From NCBI GenBank assembly GCA_963713605.1, contig CAVQMO010000005.1, forward strand, positions 256,001-320,000: a stretch of DNA of 64,000 bases, given 5' to 3'. Positions 38,507 through 49,498 of the stretch are shown in pieces (position 1 is the stretch's first letter; each line of letters begins with the position of its first letter). The position numbers and the translations under genes were made by a program. The stretch is from an uncultured Nitrososphaerales archaeon. GTDB taxonomy: Archaea; Thermoproteota; Nitrososphaeria; Nitrososphaerales; Nitrososphaeraceae. The notes beneath the pieces were generated by a model. The model saw only the letters and a program-made list of their open reading frames with translations, was not told the DNA's origin and ran no database searches.

Positions 38507-39490
38507 TTACTTTTTTTGTCCCGCCATTACAAACAGCATGTCTGTTTTTACCTTCTCCTTTATCGATCGAGCAGGGACCCCGGCCACAATGTCTTTATCT
38601 GGAACATCCCTGATAACAACCGCACCCGCGGCCACCAGCACATTATCTCCTAAGCGGATATTATCTTTGAGTGTTGAATTCAACCCGGTCCAACAGGAGT
38701 CGCCTATTTTTGTGCTACCGCCGATGATGGTACCTGTCGTTATTTCTGAATTTCTTCCAATTACAACGTTGTGTGCAATTTGGACCATAGCATCGATCTT
38801 GGTCCCATCTCCAATAATTGTATCAGAGAGAGAGCCGCGAGCAATATTTGTGTTTGCGCATATCTCGACATTATTTCCTACTCTAACTCCTTTAATATGA
38901 GGAAATCTAATCAGTTCTCCATTTTCAAATCTCTCAAATGCAAAACCGTCTGCACCCAGGGTAACACCAGGTTGGACTATGCATTTATTTCCGATTGTCG
39001 TGTTCTGAACAATGCTGACTCTATCATAGATTATGGTGTCATCACCAATTATACAATTTTCACCAATAACTGCGTTATGTCCTATGTAGCAGTTTTGACC
39101 AATCTTTGATGTGTCAGAAATAACCGCGTGTGGGGAAATTCCAGAAAGTTTTTTCTTTTCATATACTAGATCAATAACTTTGACAATGACAAACCTAGGA
39201 TTTTCTACAAAAATAAGTTGCTGCTTACTTTCCGGACGAGGATGGACCGTTCCTTCCAAACTTTTCTTGCATAAAATGATCGCTCCTCTCGAATTATTGA
39301 TTAAGGACACAGCCTTTTCAGGTTCATAATAACAGAACGTGAGATCCTTTTCGGAGGCTTCTGTCACGGAACGAATTGCTTCGAATTTAACTGACTGTCC
39401 CTCTGCAGTATAGGAGACATTTAGGCTTTCAAGAATGGATTCAATATTATCTCTCATACTCAGCTTTGCATCAAAACTCATATTTAACAC
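38507..39490 (-). CDS. LpxD-like UDP-sugar N-acyltransferase (left-handed beta-helix)
   Basis: LpxD-type N-domain (SVTEASEKDLTFC, VENPR), hexapeptide repeats, GADGFAF, VEICANTNIARG, TKIDAMVQIAHNV. Confidence 0.9.
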   Translation of the reverse strand: MLNMSFDAKLSMRDNIESILESLNVSYTAEGQSVKFEAIRSVTEASEKDLTFCYYEPEKAVSLINNSRGAIILCKKSLEGTVHPRPESKQQLIFVENPRFVIVKVIDLVYEKKKLSGISPHAVISDTSKIGQNCYIGHNAVIGENCIIGDDTIIYDRVSIVQNTTIGNKCIVQPGVTLGADGFAFERFENGELIRFPHIKGVRVGNNVEICANTNIARGSLSDTIIGDGTKIDAMVQIAHNVVIGRNSEITTGTIIGGSTKIGDSCWTGLNSTLKDNIRLGDNVLVAAGAVVIRDVPDKDIVAGVPARSIKEKVKTDMLFVMAGQKK

Positions 39491-39986
39491 CTCTTTAGCA
39501 CATTATTATGCAGATTTTCACAAAACGCCATTTTTTGAAAAATTTACCCTATATTGGTTATCTTTACTCATCGACATATATAATGGTAAAAGCGAAACAA
39601 ATTATTCTGTTGAATTTCGATAACTCTTCGAGTTGAAGGTGGGAAATTTATTTATTGATAGTATTTCCTTCTCTGGATATTAATGTTCATTGCCGATGTT
39701 TACTCCTTCATGAAGTTACAAAATCTGGTAAAAAATTTAGTAATTACAATTTGAAAAATGAGTAAAGAGTAAACTTGGTAATATGAGTAAAGAATAGCAT
39801 AGTTTTGCCAATTGGTATCTAGATACATACTGGAAGTAAAAAATGACGGTTTGGTAGAGTAATTGTTTAACCGCAGTCGAATAGTACCGAGTATCTGTTA
39901 AAAGATATCTAAATTTCATGCCGATGAAAAAACTATGCCAAGAATTCCAGAACAGTTTATCTATTCTCTCATGAATCAGGGATCAA

Positions 39987-40712
39987 ATGAATATATTAGC
40001 ACTTGGCGCACATCCTGATGATATAGAGTTAGGCTGTGGTGGTCTACTTCTAAAGGCTTCAAAACAAGGTCACAATGTTTTTATGTATATCCTTACGAGA
40101 GGCGCAGCAGCAGGAGATCCAATGCAGAGGACAACTGAACAGAAAGAAGCAGCAAGGATCATTGGAGCAAGGGCATCTTGGATAGATAACTTTGAAGATA
40201 CAAAATTGACATTAAGCGTAGATCTCATTAATCATATTGAACAAGTGATCAGAATGACGAGGCCCGATATTATTTACACGCATCCACAAGGAGATACTCA
40301 TCATGACCATAGAGCGGTAGCTGCTGCTACCTATGAAGCAGCAAGATTCGTTCCAAACATCCTTTCTTATGAAATGCCTGTGACGAAGGATTTCAAGCCT
40401 CAAGTTTATTGTGACATCTCCGATGTGATAGACGAAAAGATTGACCTCCTAAATGCTTTCGTTTCTCAGAGCGAAAAAATGTTTATCAAATCACATGCTG
40501 TAAAGGGATTATCTCAGTATCGTGCAATGCAGAGCAGGCTAGGAGCAAAGGTAACAGCTGTAGAAGCTTTTGAAGTTATGCAGATGAGTCTTACCCCTAA
40601 TTTCAATTTACTCCAAAATGGTCAAGAACAGATGTTAGAGACGGCGAATTTCTCGACGCCGATTTTGAATGATGCCATTGTTTTTACTTCAACCATTCAA
40701 AATCAGATCTGA
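39987..40712 (+). CDS. PIG-L/LmbE family de-N-acetylase
   Basis: GAHPDDIELGCGG, R..E...AA.I.G, DTHHDH Zn motifs. Confidence 0.92.
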   Translation: MNILALGAHPDDIELGCGGLLLKASKQGHNVFMYILTRGAAAGDPMQRTTEQKEAARIIGARASWIDNFEDTKLTLSVDLINHIEQVIRMTRPDIIYTHPQGDTHHDHRAVAAATYEAARFVPNILSYEMPVTKDFKPQVYCDISDVIDEKIDLLNAFVSQSEKMFIKSHAVKGLSQYRAMQSRLGAKVTAVEAFEVMQMSLTPNFNLLQNGQEQMLETANFSTPILNDAIVFTSTIQNQI

Positions 40713-41218
40713 TTCAATGTCAAAGTCACTAGACATGAACTAGATCTCTAATTTCTTGATTTTATTTTTATATATCCTATGAGTTAGATAATGAAACACT
40801 GATAAGTGCCGCTTGTTTAGGGTGAGGCGCTGACTAGGTGGCTAGGTTGATGCCACTTATTTAGTATAGAACTATTGTGGTTTTAAATATCTTAATGCCA
40901 TACAAAGTCGTTGGTTAAGGCATCGCGGAATATTGCGGTGGTGATAGTCTCTATAGATTGGCCATGGTTATATTTTTTAAGGGGATGCTAACTTTAATAT
41001 CACCAGGATATGAAGAAAACCAACAATTCTCTGATAGCGTTCAAACTAATAGCCAAGAAAAGGATTAATTGAATTCTTATGTGATAATAGTTTTGTCCGT
41101 GGCTAAACTAGCACACATTTCATTGTAATGACCTTAGACCTTCCATCCCAACATACCATCGAATCCCGAACTGTTATATAATCATCCAATACCCAATAAC
41201 AGGATAACCGAATTTGAT

Positions 41219-42148
41219 ATGAATGGAGGGCGAATTTCTAGGCTGGATTTTTTGAAATTACTGCTATGCAGTGGGATAGCTTTTCCATTGGGAATAATAA
41301 ATATCAATAAGCTATTTTCGACGTACGGGACTCCAAAAAACTCATCATCAGATAGTCTAGGAACTTTTCAGCAACACGACGAAAATTTAGACGTGTTTGG
41401 TATAAGAAAAATATATCCTACTCGCCACTCTGGAAGGGAATGGTTCATGAACATGGATGACCCTAGAAGCGATCCTGCGCTTGATCTTGGCGCCGGCAGA
41501 CCAACAAAGAGTTTAGACGGGTCATGGAGGATTGGAAGCACAAACAGAAATAACGGGTTCAATGGAAAATATCATGTTGTATTTGAAATCATTACGACTC
41601 CTTGGCTCGGCAATCTCTGGAGAGATGTAGAAATTACAGGATGTTTCAGGATACTAGGCATAGACGAGGATGCAAATATTAAATCAATCGGGCTGCAATG
41701 GTATGCAAGAGGGAACAGACACAACGATCTTTTTCCGTGCGAAGGCACTTCACTTAAAGCTCGGATTCATCCTAATGGGTCTACAGGATGGATAAAGGAA
41801 ATATGGCATACGGGAGGATATACAACAGAAAAAGAAACTACCCAATTAGCCTATCCGATCATAGGTAAATGGATAGGTTGGAAAGCAGTGATGTATAATA
41901 TCCAAGACGGCAAAGCTGTGAAAATGGAATCCTATGTCGATTATGGTTGTAATAATCATTGGGTAAAAATAGGTGATCTTGTTGATAGCGGCAACTGGTA
42001 CTCTGATAATAAACAATTCTACGAAGTTGATTGTGGTAGGACACGAAATTATGTGGTTTCCAATTCTGGTCCAAGAGCAGGTTTTAGGTCCGATGGTATT
42101 ATCTGGGACTTTAAAAATTTTAGCGTGAGAGAAATTCTGGTCGCGTGA
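41219..42148 (+). CDS. Putative Tat-exported beta-sandwich protein of unknown function
   Basis: SRLDFLK Tat-like N-terminus; DVFGIRKIYPT..GREW.M, WRDVEITG, KEIWHTGGY, KWIGWKAVMYN. Confidence 0.78.
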   Translation: MNGGRISRLDFLKLLLCSGIAFPLGIININKLFSTYGTPKNSSSDSLGTFQQHDENLDVFGIRKIYPTRHSGREWFMNMDDPRSDPALDLGAGRPTKSLDGSWRIGSTNRNNGFNGKYHVVFEIITTPWLGNLWRDVEITGCFRILGIDEDANIKSIGLQWYARGNRHNDLFPCEGTSLKARIHPNGSTGWIKEIWHTGGYTTEKETTQLAYPIIGKWIGWKAVMYNIQDGKAVKMESYVDYGCNNHWVKIGDLVDSGNWYSDNKQFYEVDCGRTRNYVVSNSGPRAGFRSDGIIWDFKNFSVREILVA

Positions 42149-42384
42149 TGTGTAACGCTCTGGGAATACTGAAAATTGGTGAAATTAAGTTATCGGGGGA
42201 GGGGACCTTTGTAGTCTGCCTAGCTGTCTACGTTATCGCTTATTCTTTATCCTTTACATTATATGTGCAAATTCAATCTATATCACACTATTCAGTGTAC
42301 CAAATCGTCATCTTGTAGGAATACTATTAACCTAACTCGACAGACTTAAATCAAACTAATTAATATATGCTTGTAGGGTAGAAT

Positions 42385-42714
42385 ATGCTTACCTTGGATA
42401 CCTACATACTGCAAATTCCAGCTGGGATCGAATGGATTATTATCATAGTTGTAATTGTCTTGATATTCTTTGGTGTGAAAAAGATACCTGAAATTGCTAG
42501 GAGTTTTGGGAAGGCTTCATCAGAATATCAGAAGGCGAGAATCGAGGCAGAAAGAGAGTTAGGGAAGATAAAAAAAGGGGGACAATCTCCAAGTGATGAC
42601 CGAGATAAACTTGAAGGGATAGCTGGTACATTGGGAATTAATTATACTAATCTTAATGATGAAGAGATAAGAGAAGCTATTGAAGCAGAACTTCATAAGT
42701 CCAAAAAAACTTGA
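42385..42714 (+). CDS. tatA: Twin-arginine translocase TatA/E
   Basis: EWIIIIVVIVLIFFGVKKIPEIARSFGKA..EY.K. Confidence 0.92.
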   Translation: MLTLDTYILQIPAGIEWIIIIVVIVLIFFGVKKIPEIARSFGKASSEYQKARIEAERELGKIKKGGQSPSDDRDKLEGIAGTLGINYTNLNDEEIREAIEAELHKSKKT

Positions 42715-42938
42715 ATAATTAACAATCGCATTGACAAAGGCGTAACACAAAAGAAATTCTTTGTTTCCGTGGAGATTAAAGGTATCATTTGGAATGTATT
42801 GAGCGTGCATTAGCAATAAACAAACAACTAATTCATCCCTTTCTGTTTATGTTTGTGTTTGTGTTTGTTTAATCCTTATCGCAATTAGAAGCCGCTATGT
42901 TCACCGACATTATCATTTTTAGGAAGAATAAAGGAAAG

Positions 42939-43472
42939 TTAAATAATTTTTGAAATATTTTCCGCATTAATACTGGCAGACTCGATCGCTTTTCCTACGA
43001 CTAAATCTGAATGCTTAATTAGGCTATTTCTTAGTGGAGGTTGAGTGGTCTTCTTATTATTACCATCTTTAGAAATCAGGACAAGAATCTCCCGAAGTTC
43101 TTGGTTATCAATGATTAAATTTAATATCTTAAGGAATTCTTCTCGATCAATAACAGAAGAATTCAACTCGAGGGAATCAATTGCCTTAAGCTTCCAATAG
43201 CTGCCAATACCTTGTCCAACGAGTGTTTGGGCTTTATAGACAATTTTACCAAATGATGTCATGCTATACGTTCCATTTTTCCTATTTATTAGTCCTGCAT
43301 GTAACAGGCTTAACATTCTAGAATAATACTGTCGTTTTGTTAATCCTAATGTAGTTAAGACGTTTTGTGTATCAAGATTTTGATGAGCTATCATCTCAAA
43401 CAAGGTTAGAGCCTTATCATCTGACACCGCTTTTAGAGATTTTTCTACCGTTATCGTTTCTTGCATTCTCAT
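42939..43472 (-). CDS. wHTH LTKRQ.YSR family paralog 4
   Basis: LKAVSDDKAL.LF...LGLTKRQYYSRM..L...GLI.RKNG.YSMTSFGK..YWKLKAIDS. Confidence 0.82.
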   Translation of the reverse strand: MRMQETITVEKSLKAVSDDKALTLFEMIAHQNLDTQNVLTTLGLTKRQYYSRMLSLLHAGLINRKNGTYSMTSFGKIVYKAQTLVGQGIGSYWKLKAIDSLELNSSVIDREEFLKILNLIIDNQELREILVLISKDGNNKKTTQPPLRNSLIKHSDLVVGKAIESASINAENISKII

Positions 43473-43801
43473 TTACACTTAAGCGAAAAATGGACTTAAT
43501 ATTAACTAGATACAACTTACTATTTTCTACCGTTAAAAGGTAAATCTAATAATTTTTTTCAGTAAGGCATAAAACGCTAATTATTTTACATATACAGGAT
43601 TATTTATTACCATGAGGATCGAGATTCGTTTTGAATATGGATAACTACTCGAGATAGTTTGCTCGCAAGGTGCAGAATCACACAACCTCGATAGTTAATA
43701 GATACCGAATACTTTCTAACTAATAAAATTTTCCCCTTCCTAGGAAAAAACCCAACAAATCTACGTACAAGGATTAAATTATAGGCATTCTATTTCATCT
43801 C

Positions 43802-44575
43802 TTGATGTCAAGAAAGTTAAACTTCAGACCGATACATTGTCTATTGGTGCTGGTCCCAGCAGTAGTTCTGCTTGTTTCTAGTATTGATGTGCAGAACCAT
43901 TTCTTCCAAAATGCTCAAGGGCAGCCAACCGTCGGAACCTCGGGAAGCGAGAATGCGACAGACACAATATCATCAGAAGGCGCAGTGCCGGAAATCATAA
44001 TTGCTATTCCAAGCAATAACTCCCAGGTTCCCGTTGGGGAACTTCTTGTAAGTGGTAATGCCAGTGATACTGAAACCGCAAACATACAGACTATTGGAGT
44101 GAAAGTCGACGAGGGCGATTATATGCCTACGACCCCACAGGTACCAGGTGATTGGTCCGAATGGTCAGTCACTACAGACATTCCCTCACCGGGTCCTCAT
44201 ACATTGAAAGCAAGAGCCGATTATGGTGCTGGAGATCAGACCTGGTCTATAGGTAATGTACTTGTAAACGCGAACGGCGATGCTACTTCCGACGCAACGT
44301 CCAATCAGTCTATTTCCGGAGGTAGTTCATCTCCGCCAAGTACAAATGAAATGTCTAATGAATCAGCAACTGTGAGTCCGGTGGTGGAAATCCCTCCACA
44401 GCCCTCGCAATCGCAGGAAGAGGTGCAGGCTGCGCCAAGCATAAATGAAACGTCCAATGAATCAGCAACTGTGAGTCCGGTGGTGGAAACCCCTCCACAG
44501 CCCTCGCAATCGCAGGAAGAGGTGCAAGCTGCCGCTACATACAAGAATCCAATCGACATTCTATTAGGTAGGTGA
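43802..44575 (+). CDS. Secreted Ig-like domain protein with C-terminal 33-aa tandem repeat
   Basis: Ig domain TPQVPGDWSEWS...GPHTLKARA homologous to those of 22451..25731; 99-bp repeat at ~44344..44535. Confidence 0.8.
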   Translation: MMSRKLNFRPIHCLLVLVPAVVLLVSSIDVQNHFFQNAQGQPTVGTSGSENATDTISSEGAVPEIIIAIPSNNSQVPVGELLVSGNASDTETANIQTIGVKVDEGDYMPTTPQVPGDWSEWSVTTDIPSPGPHTLKARADYGAGDQTWSIGNVLVNANGDATSDATSNQSISGGSSSPPSTNEMSNESATVSPVVEIPPQPSQSQEEVQAAPSINETSNESATVSPVVETPPQPSQSQEEVQAAATYKNPIDILLGR

Positions 44576-44653
44576 AGCCAGCTTCATCTATAATCAGCAA
44601 GCAAAATCAGAGAGGGTAGCTCTCTAATATTTTGTATTTCATTACTCCAGTAT

Positions 44654-45554
44654 TCATAAGGGTTTAATGACTACGTTATCGAATGCAACGGCTGCGTCTT
44701 CTGTATATAATCCCACAAATCCTCCCTGCTTCATTTTCAAGCTGTTTCTTGGAATGCCAGCCTTATTATCGATATAGTCAATGATTCTTGATACCGTCTA
44801 TCCATACTACTATGTGAGGTGTTCCCGTCCCCGTTCCAGTTACCCGTATGTGCCAATTTTGCCAAGTATTCATCTTCACGGACGGAGAACCCTTAGTCAC
44901 AAGGTACACTTCAGCTGAATCGTCCTGTTTATTGTTGTCCTTCTTTTCTAACTGGAATCCTTGTTTCTTAAGAAGGAAACTATATTGATGATAATTATCT
45001 TGCCAGTTCCACATAATCCAAGCAGTTTCCCAATTATTGGGAGGTGAATTTTGCCTTAGTTGTTTAACCGTTTTCACTTTTGCAGTCATATCAAAGTTCT
45101 TGAATAGTTTAGTAGTAGTTAGTAAAGGAGCATGCGTCTCTCCTTTCGAAGTGGATGTTTTTGGCTGTAAGTGCAAATATTCATTGTTGTTCAGACCTTG
45201 ACGCACTCCTACTGTTCCATATCCTCCATATGCGTTCTTCCACTTTCCATTCGGGGATATCTGTCCATCCTTCAAAGTATACAGTCCGCTTTCAAAATAA
45301 TCTGCCACTGTACTTGTAGCGTAGGTTGCTGTAGCCTCCATGGTAGGGTTAGTATCTGTCATTTTTTGCACAGGTAAAGGTAATATGAATGGAATATCAT
45401 TTCTTTCAGTGTTTGATTTGGCATTTGCGACAAGTATGTTATTCTTGGATATGTAATTTATCCCTACGTTAGACATAGAAAGAATTGACATGACTAACAG
45501 AGATCCGCAAATCAATGCACACGTTCCTTTATTGAATAAAAGCTGTTTGTTCAA
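44654..45554 (-). CDS. Secreted DUF1080/GH16-like beta-jelly-roll protein, frameshift near 44790
   Basis: FKNFDMTAKVKTVKQLRQNSPPNNWETAWIMW; continuation IIDYID...GGFVGLYTEDAAVAFDNVVIKPL* ending at 44654. Confidence 0.78.
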
Positions 45555-46327
45555 TGCTCCTTGTTGTGGCTATTAAAAAGTATTTACAAGGAGCTTTGAA
45601 TTTCACGATCACTTATGTACCCCAGCATTGCATATCTGAAATCTAATGAAAATCTTCTTTTACGGCCTAATTATCGATTTCTTCGTTTGCATTTATTGCA
45701 TACACCATTTGGGTAATAGGGCAGGATGGGAACTTCAGCCGAGTAGTTGTCGACCCTGTAAATAGTCAGATTCTCTTAAACGTGTCGATACCATTAAAAC
45801 ATCTTTCCATGATGGGGTTCTGGAATGATGGGGTCCTGGTAATCCGCCGTAAAGTAGTCTACTTATATTATTATCTTTTTCGAGATTATTAATTAATTTA
45901 TCAATATTTTGCAACGATTTTCTCTCTGTTGGATCAACTTGATCTTCACTTAGAGGAAAATCAATCCATATATTGACCGAATAGTTGTCGAATAATTACA
46001 TGCCCAAGGCCTGTCCCTGGCCGACCTGGTAATAATGGATCAATGGACCACAGACAGGTAGGCAAAATAGAATAACTAAACTCGAGGACATACATGGTAG
46101 CTTTACCACCCCGATATCCGATTTCAGCAACTAAACTAGGCATTGTACCAGAACCATGAACAATGATTATGCGCTCGTGAATATTTGTGAAATATACACT
46201 AATAGCTGGGTAAAGTAACAGGGTCAGACTTGAGGCAGATTAGAACACATATCATAGCCGCTAGCATGGTCATACCAGTAAGTGAAGACTGTTAGAAAGC
46301 ATCGAAACTTTAAATACCATAAATTAA

Positions 46328-47771
46328 GTGTTTCTCTATAATCGAATGCTTAAGGATCTAGGCCGAAATCGTTCACTATCTGACTACAGAAAGATAGCAA
46401 TTGGAGTTTCTATCGCTATCATAATGATTCTAATAGTGGATACTTTGACTACTCGACAGATCCTGCCCTATAATAATACTACAGGCTCAGTGCTCTTTGT
46501 CCTAAACATAGTAGTAGCATACGGGCTAGGGTCATGGGTTCTTTTCAAGTACGTAAAAAAAATTAGTGAGGAGATCATTGTGTCTAAGTCCTTCATTAGT
46601 CATCTTATCAAGTTTGCGATGATAATTCAATTCTCATTATTGATACTTTTCTCACTGATTTTTGTAGAGTATTATTTATTCGATAATAGTACCCTATGTT
46701 CTCTCCTCGTTGGCATTTGCAATCAGTACAATCTCAGCTAGTTTCATTATGTGTTACACTGCCTTTAAATTCTTTCTTTGGTTTAGAGCAAGCAACCGAA
46801 ATAAGATCATATTGGTCTATGGTTTAGCTGCCGCTTCACTCGCTGTAGCCATGATATTCGACGGTGGTGCCAAACTACTTATGGTTAGAGTGATAGAAGA
46901 ACCATCTTTGAATACGGTACCAATAAGTGGTAACTCATCTGATACTTTTGTGTATAAAGAATCTGACAAATACAACGGAGACATCCAGTATGAAGTAATT
47001 AAACCCGACACGAAAACTGTATACATCGTACCTGCAGAATCTAGGATGCTGTATCAATATCTTAACGGTTGGATACCCATAACTATCTCATTTATTTTTA
47101 CATGGGCTATTACCTTGATAGTCCTGAGGAAGTACTATCAAAGGCAAGGCAAACTGCCGAGTTGGATTAATTTTGTCATGATTCTCCCGCTTGTACTTTA
47201 TTTTATTGGGAGAAGTTTGGAGCTTTACACTTTATTTACCGGCAATATAATTCGTTTTGATGATTTGCCTAATCCGTATTTATTCAGAATATTATTTAGA
47301 ATAGGCGTCATAGGGGGAAGTATATTATTTGGGTTAGCGTTCTTTATCATCGCTAAAATGACAACAGCAGGTAAGGTTAAGGATTGTCTCATTGTCGCTG
47401 CGATTGGAGCAGCAATGATTGGGATATCACTTTCGCCATCTGCATTACAACAAACTTATGGAGTGGCCGGGAGATCTCTTGAGCTATTATCTTCGCTTCT
47501 GTTTAGTCTTGGCTTCTATCTTTCTGCAGTATACGTTGCCCATGATTCATCAATAAGGAGAAGTATCAGATCAATTGATAAGATTGAGTTTTTGCACTTG
47601 TTAGGACATGCTCAAATGGAAATAGAGATAGAGAAAAAGGTTGAGGAAGTTGTAAAAAAACAACAACAAGCCTTAGACGCTCAAGTTATTCCTCCCTTAG
47701 AAGTAGACGATTATGATGTTAAGCTTTATGTCAACGAAGTATTGAATGAAGTTAAACGAAGCAAGATATAA
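46328..47771 (+). CDS. Multi-pass membrane protein of unknown function, frameshift near 46700
   Basis: About 10 hydrophobic segments across two overlapping ORFs; soluble tail LG.AQME.EIEK.V. Confidence 0.78.
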
Positions 47772-48019
47772 TTTTATGAATTCAATATGACTTCATGCTT
47801 TAGCGATAGATGCTGGAATGACAAGAGTACTACTTTTAGGCTGGAAAATAAGAAGGAATGGCAAATCATTAGCAGCACTTAATAGAATAATTATAGAGGC
47901 AAATGCGCCATCGATAACACTATAGAATTCTGTGCCTCTTTTTCCGTATCTATTAACAGATCTTGAGGTATTTGAGCAGACAACTATTAGAACTGAGGCA
48001 TCTTTGACCTGGTTTTGTC

Positions 48020-48283
48020 CTAGGGATGCTTGACGTAACTTCCTTTTTGTAATAGGACAAAAGCCTTCGCAATCAGTCCTGCTCCTCCGAGAGACAGAAC
48101 TGCAAAAATGAGTAAATTTCTAGGGTCTTCGGGATTTAGTCCAGTCATACTTATAGAGTCTACGGTTACATGGGCGTATCGCTTGTTAAGAATAAAACCA
48201 ACATAAGGGAATACAAATAGAAATGAGGTCAGGATTAGTACAATGCCTACTGCAACTAAAACCTTAAAACCAAAATTTTCCAA
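48020..48283 (-). CDS. Small two-TM membrane protein
   Basis: Two hydrophobic helices in 87 aa. Confidence 0.6.
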   Translation of the reverse strand: MENFGFKVLVAVGIVLILTSFLFVFPYVGFILNKRYAHVTVDSISMTGLNPEDPRNLLIFAVLSLGGAGLIAKAFVLLQKGSYVKHP

Positions 48284-48514
48284 TACCTTAAACAGTACAT
48301 ATTATTTACTTAAGGACTTCTATATATGAGGATTGTTTAAATTCTAACTCTCTAATCTCATATCATTGATATAATCTCATATTATTGATAAATTAACTTT
48401 AGCTGATTAATACTTGCTTAATAAATAATTTACAGCAATAACAAGAAAAAATGAGTGAATAAATCTAAAACTAATAAATCTAATGTAGTCGCTGTCTGTT
48501 ATTAGTGCTATAAA

Positions 48515-48946
48515 ATGATTTCAGGAGAAGGAAGACTGAAACAAGAGAACTTTGTTGACACAAGTTTGCTCCTAGATGCAGTAACCTCTTTGATAGATGC
48601 ATTTAATCAAGCTGGTTATAACTCTCCAACTAGTATTCAAGTTGATAAGAAGGCATTTGATAAGCTATTAGAAGAAGCATCAAATTTATACAGTAGTATT
48701 AATGTGAAAGATTCCGTTGCAAACAAGAAATTTTCATTAGTCAACATTATAAATATCGTTCCTGAAGAAGAGAAAGAAGAAATTGATGCTCACCAGAAGC
48801 AAAAAGATACTCGGCAAGCAATAGACTTAGTAGAAGGTAATAATCAGGAAAAGCAGAATCTAAGGTTATCTACTACAACTATAAAATATGAATATCCTGA
48901 CTGTGGGGCTACATTCGACACTCCTGCCGGTCACAGGCCAGTCTAG
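48515..48946 (+). CDS. Hypothetical protein with degenerate C-terminal Zn-knuckle
   Basis: 143-aa ORF ending YEYPDCGATFDT. Confidence 0.55.
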   Translation: MISGEGRLKQENFVDTSLLLDAVTSLIDAFNQAGYNSPTSIQVDKKAFDKLLEEASNLYSSINVKDSVANKKFSLVNIINIVPEEEKEEIDAHQKQKDTRQAIDLVEGNNQEKQNLRLSTTTIKYEYPDCGATFDTPAGHRPV

Positions 48947-49318
48947 TAATAACTAAGGTATATTTCTTACCATGGCAGCATGAGTGAACGTGGGAAAAGG
49001 GGGGGGTTATTGCCCTTCATTGAAATCCATTTGTAGCTGAACTAATAGTAAAAAACTGCAGTTCGATCTCGAAGGGAATGTATCATGTATGAAAATAACC
49101 CAAATGCATAGTCAAACAGCAATTTATGTCTCTGATTTGGTACTATAACCCCAAATCAAGTCATCGGCATAAGGCAACTCCATATTGTTTGTAAAAATGG
49201 CGTAGAATTACATTTGATCGTCATTTCTTGGGATTTTTATGAATATTCTTCAAATAATATACTAGTAGTATACAAGTGATTAAATTCCTAATGTCAGATT
49301 CAAGGCAAAAAGTCAATA

Positions 49319-49498
49319 TTGCAACAGAGGCTGGTATCATGTTACCACCAGTGCACCAAATGTGCAATCATATTCCAATGTAGTGGACCAAATTCGATTG
49401 AGATTAGAACAAATGGATGCACAAGGCCTTTCTTCTACGGCAAATGCAATATTTGCAATGGTGGCCTTTGGCCTAAGGCCCAGATACATCTGTTTTGA
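49319..49498 (+). CDS. Cys-rich microprotein (putative zinc finger), 59 aa, not in ORF track
   Basis: TTG..TGA, hand-translated MQQRLVSCYHQCTKCAIIFQCSGPNSIEIRTNGCTRPFFYGKCNICNGGLWPKAQIHLF. Confidence 0.65.
   Translation: MQQRLVSCYHQCTKCAIIFQCSGPNSIEIRTNGCTRPFFYGKCNICNGGLWPKAQIHLF

Noticed and set aside
38507..39490. Lipid A pathway or bacterial contig
   Set aside because: No lpxA/B/C, fabZ or bamA nearby; surrounding genes and promoters look archaeal, so the lpxD symbol was withheld
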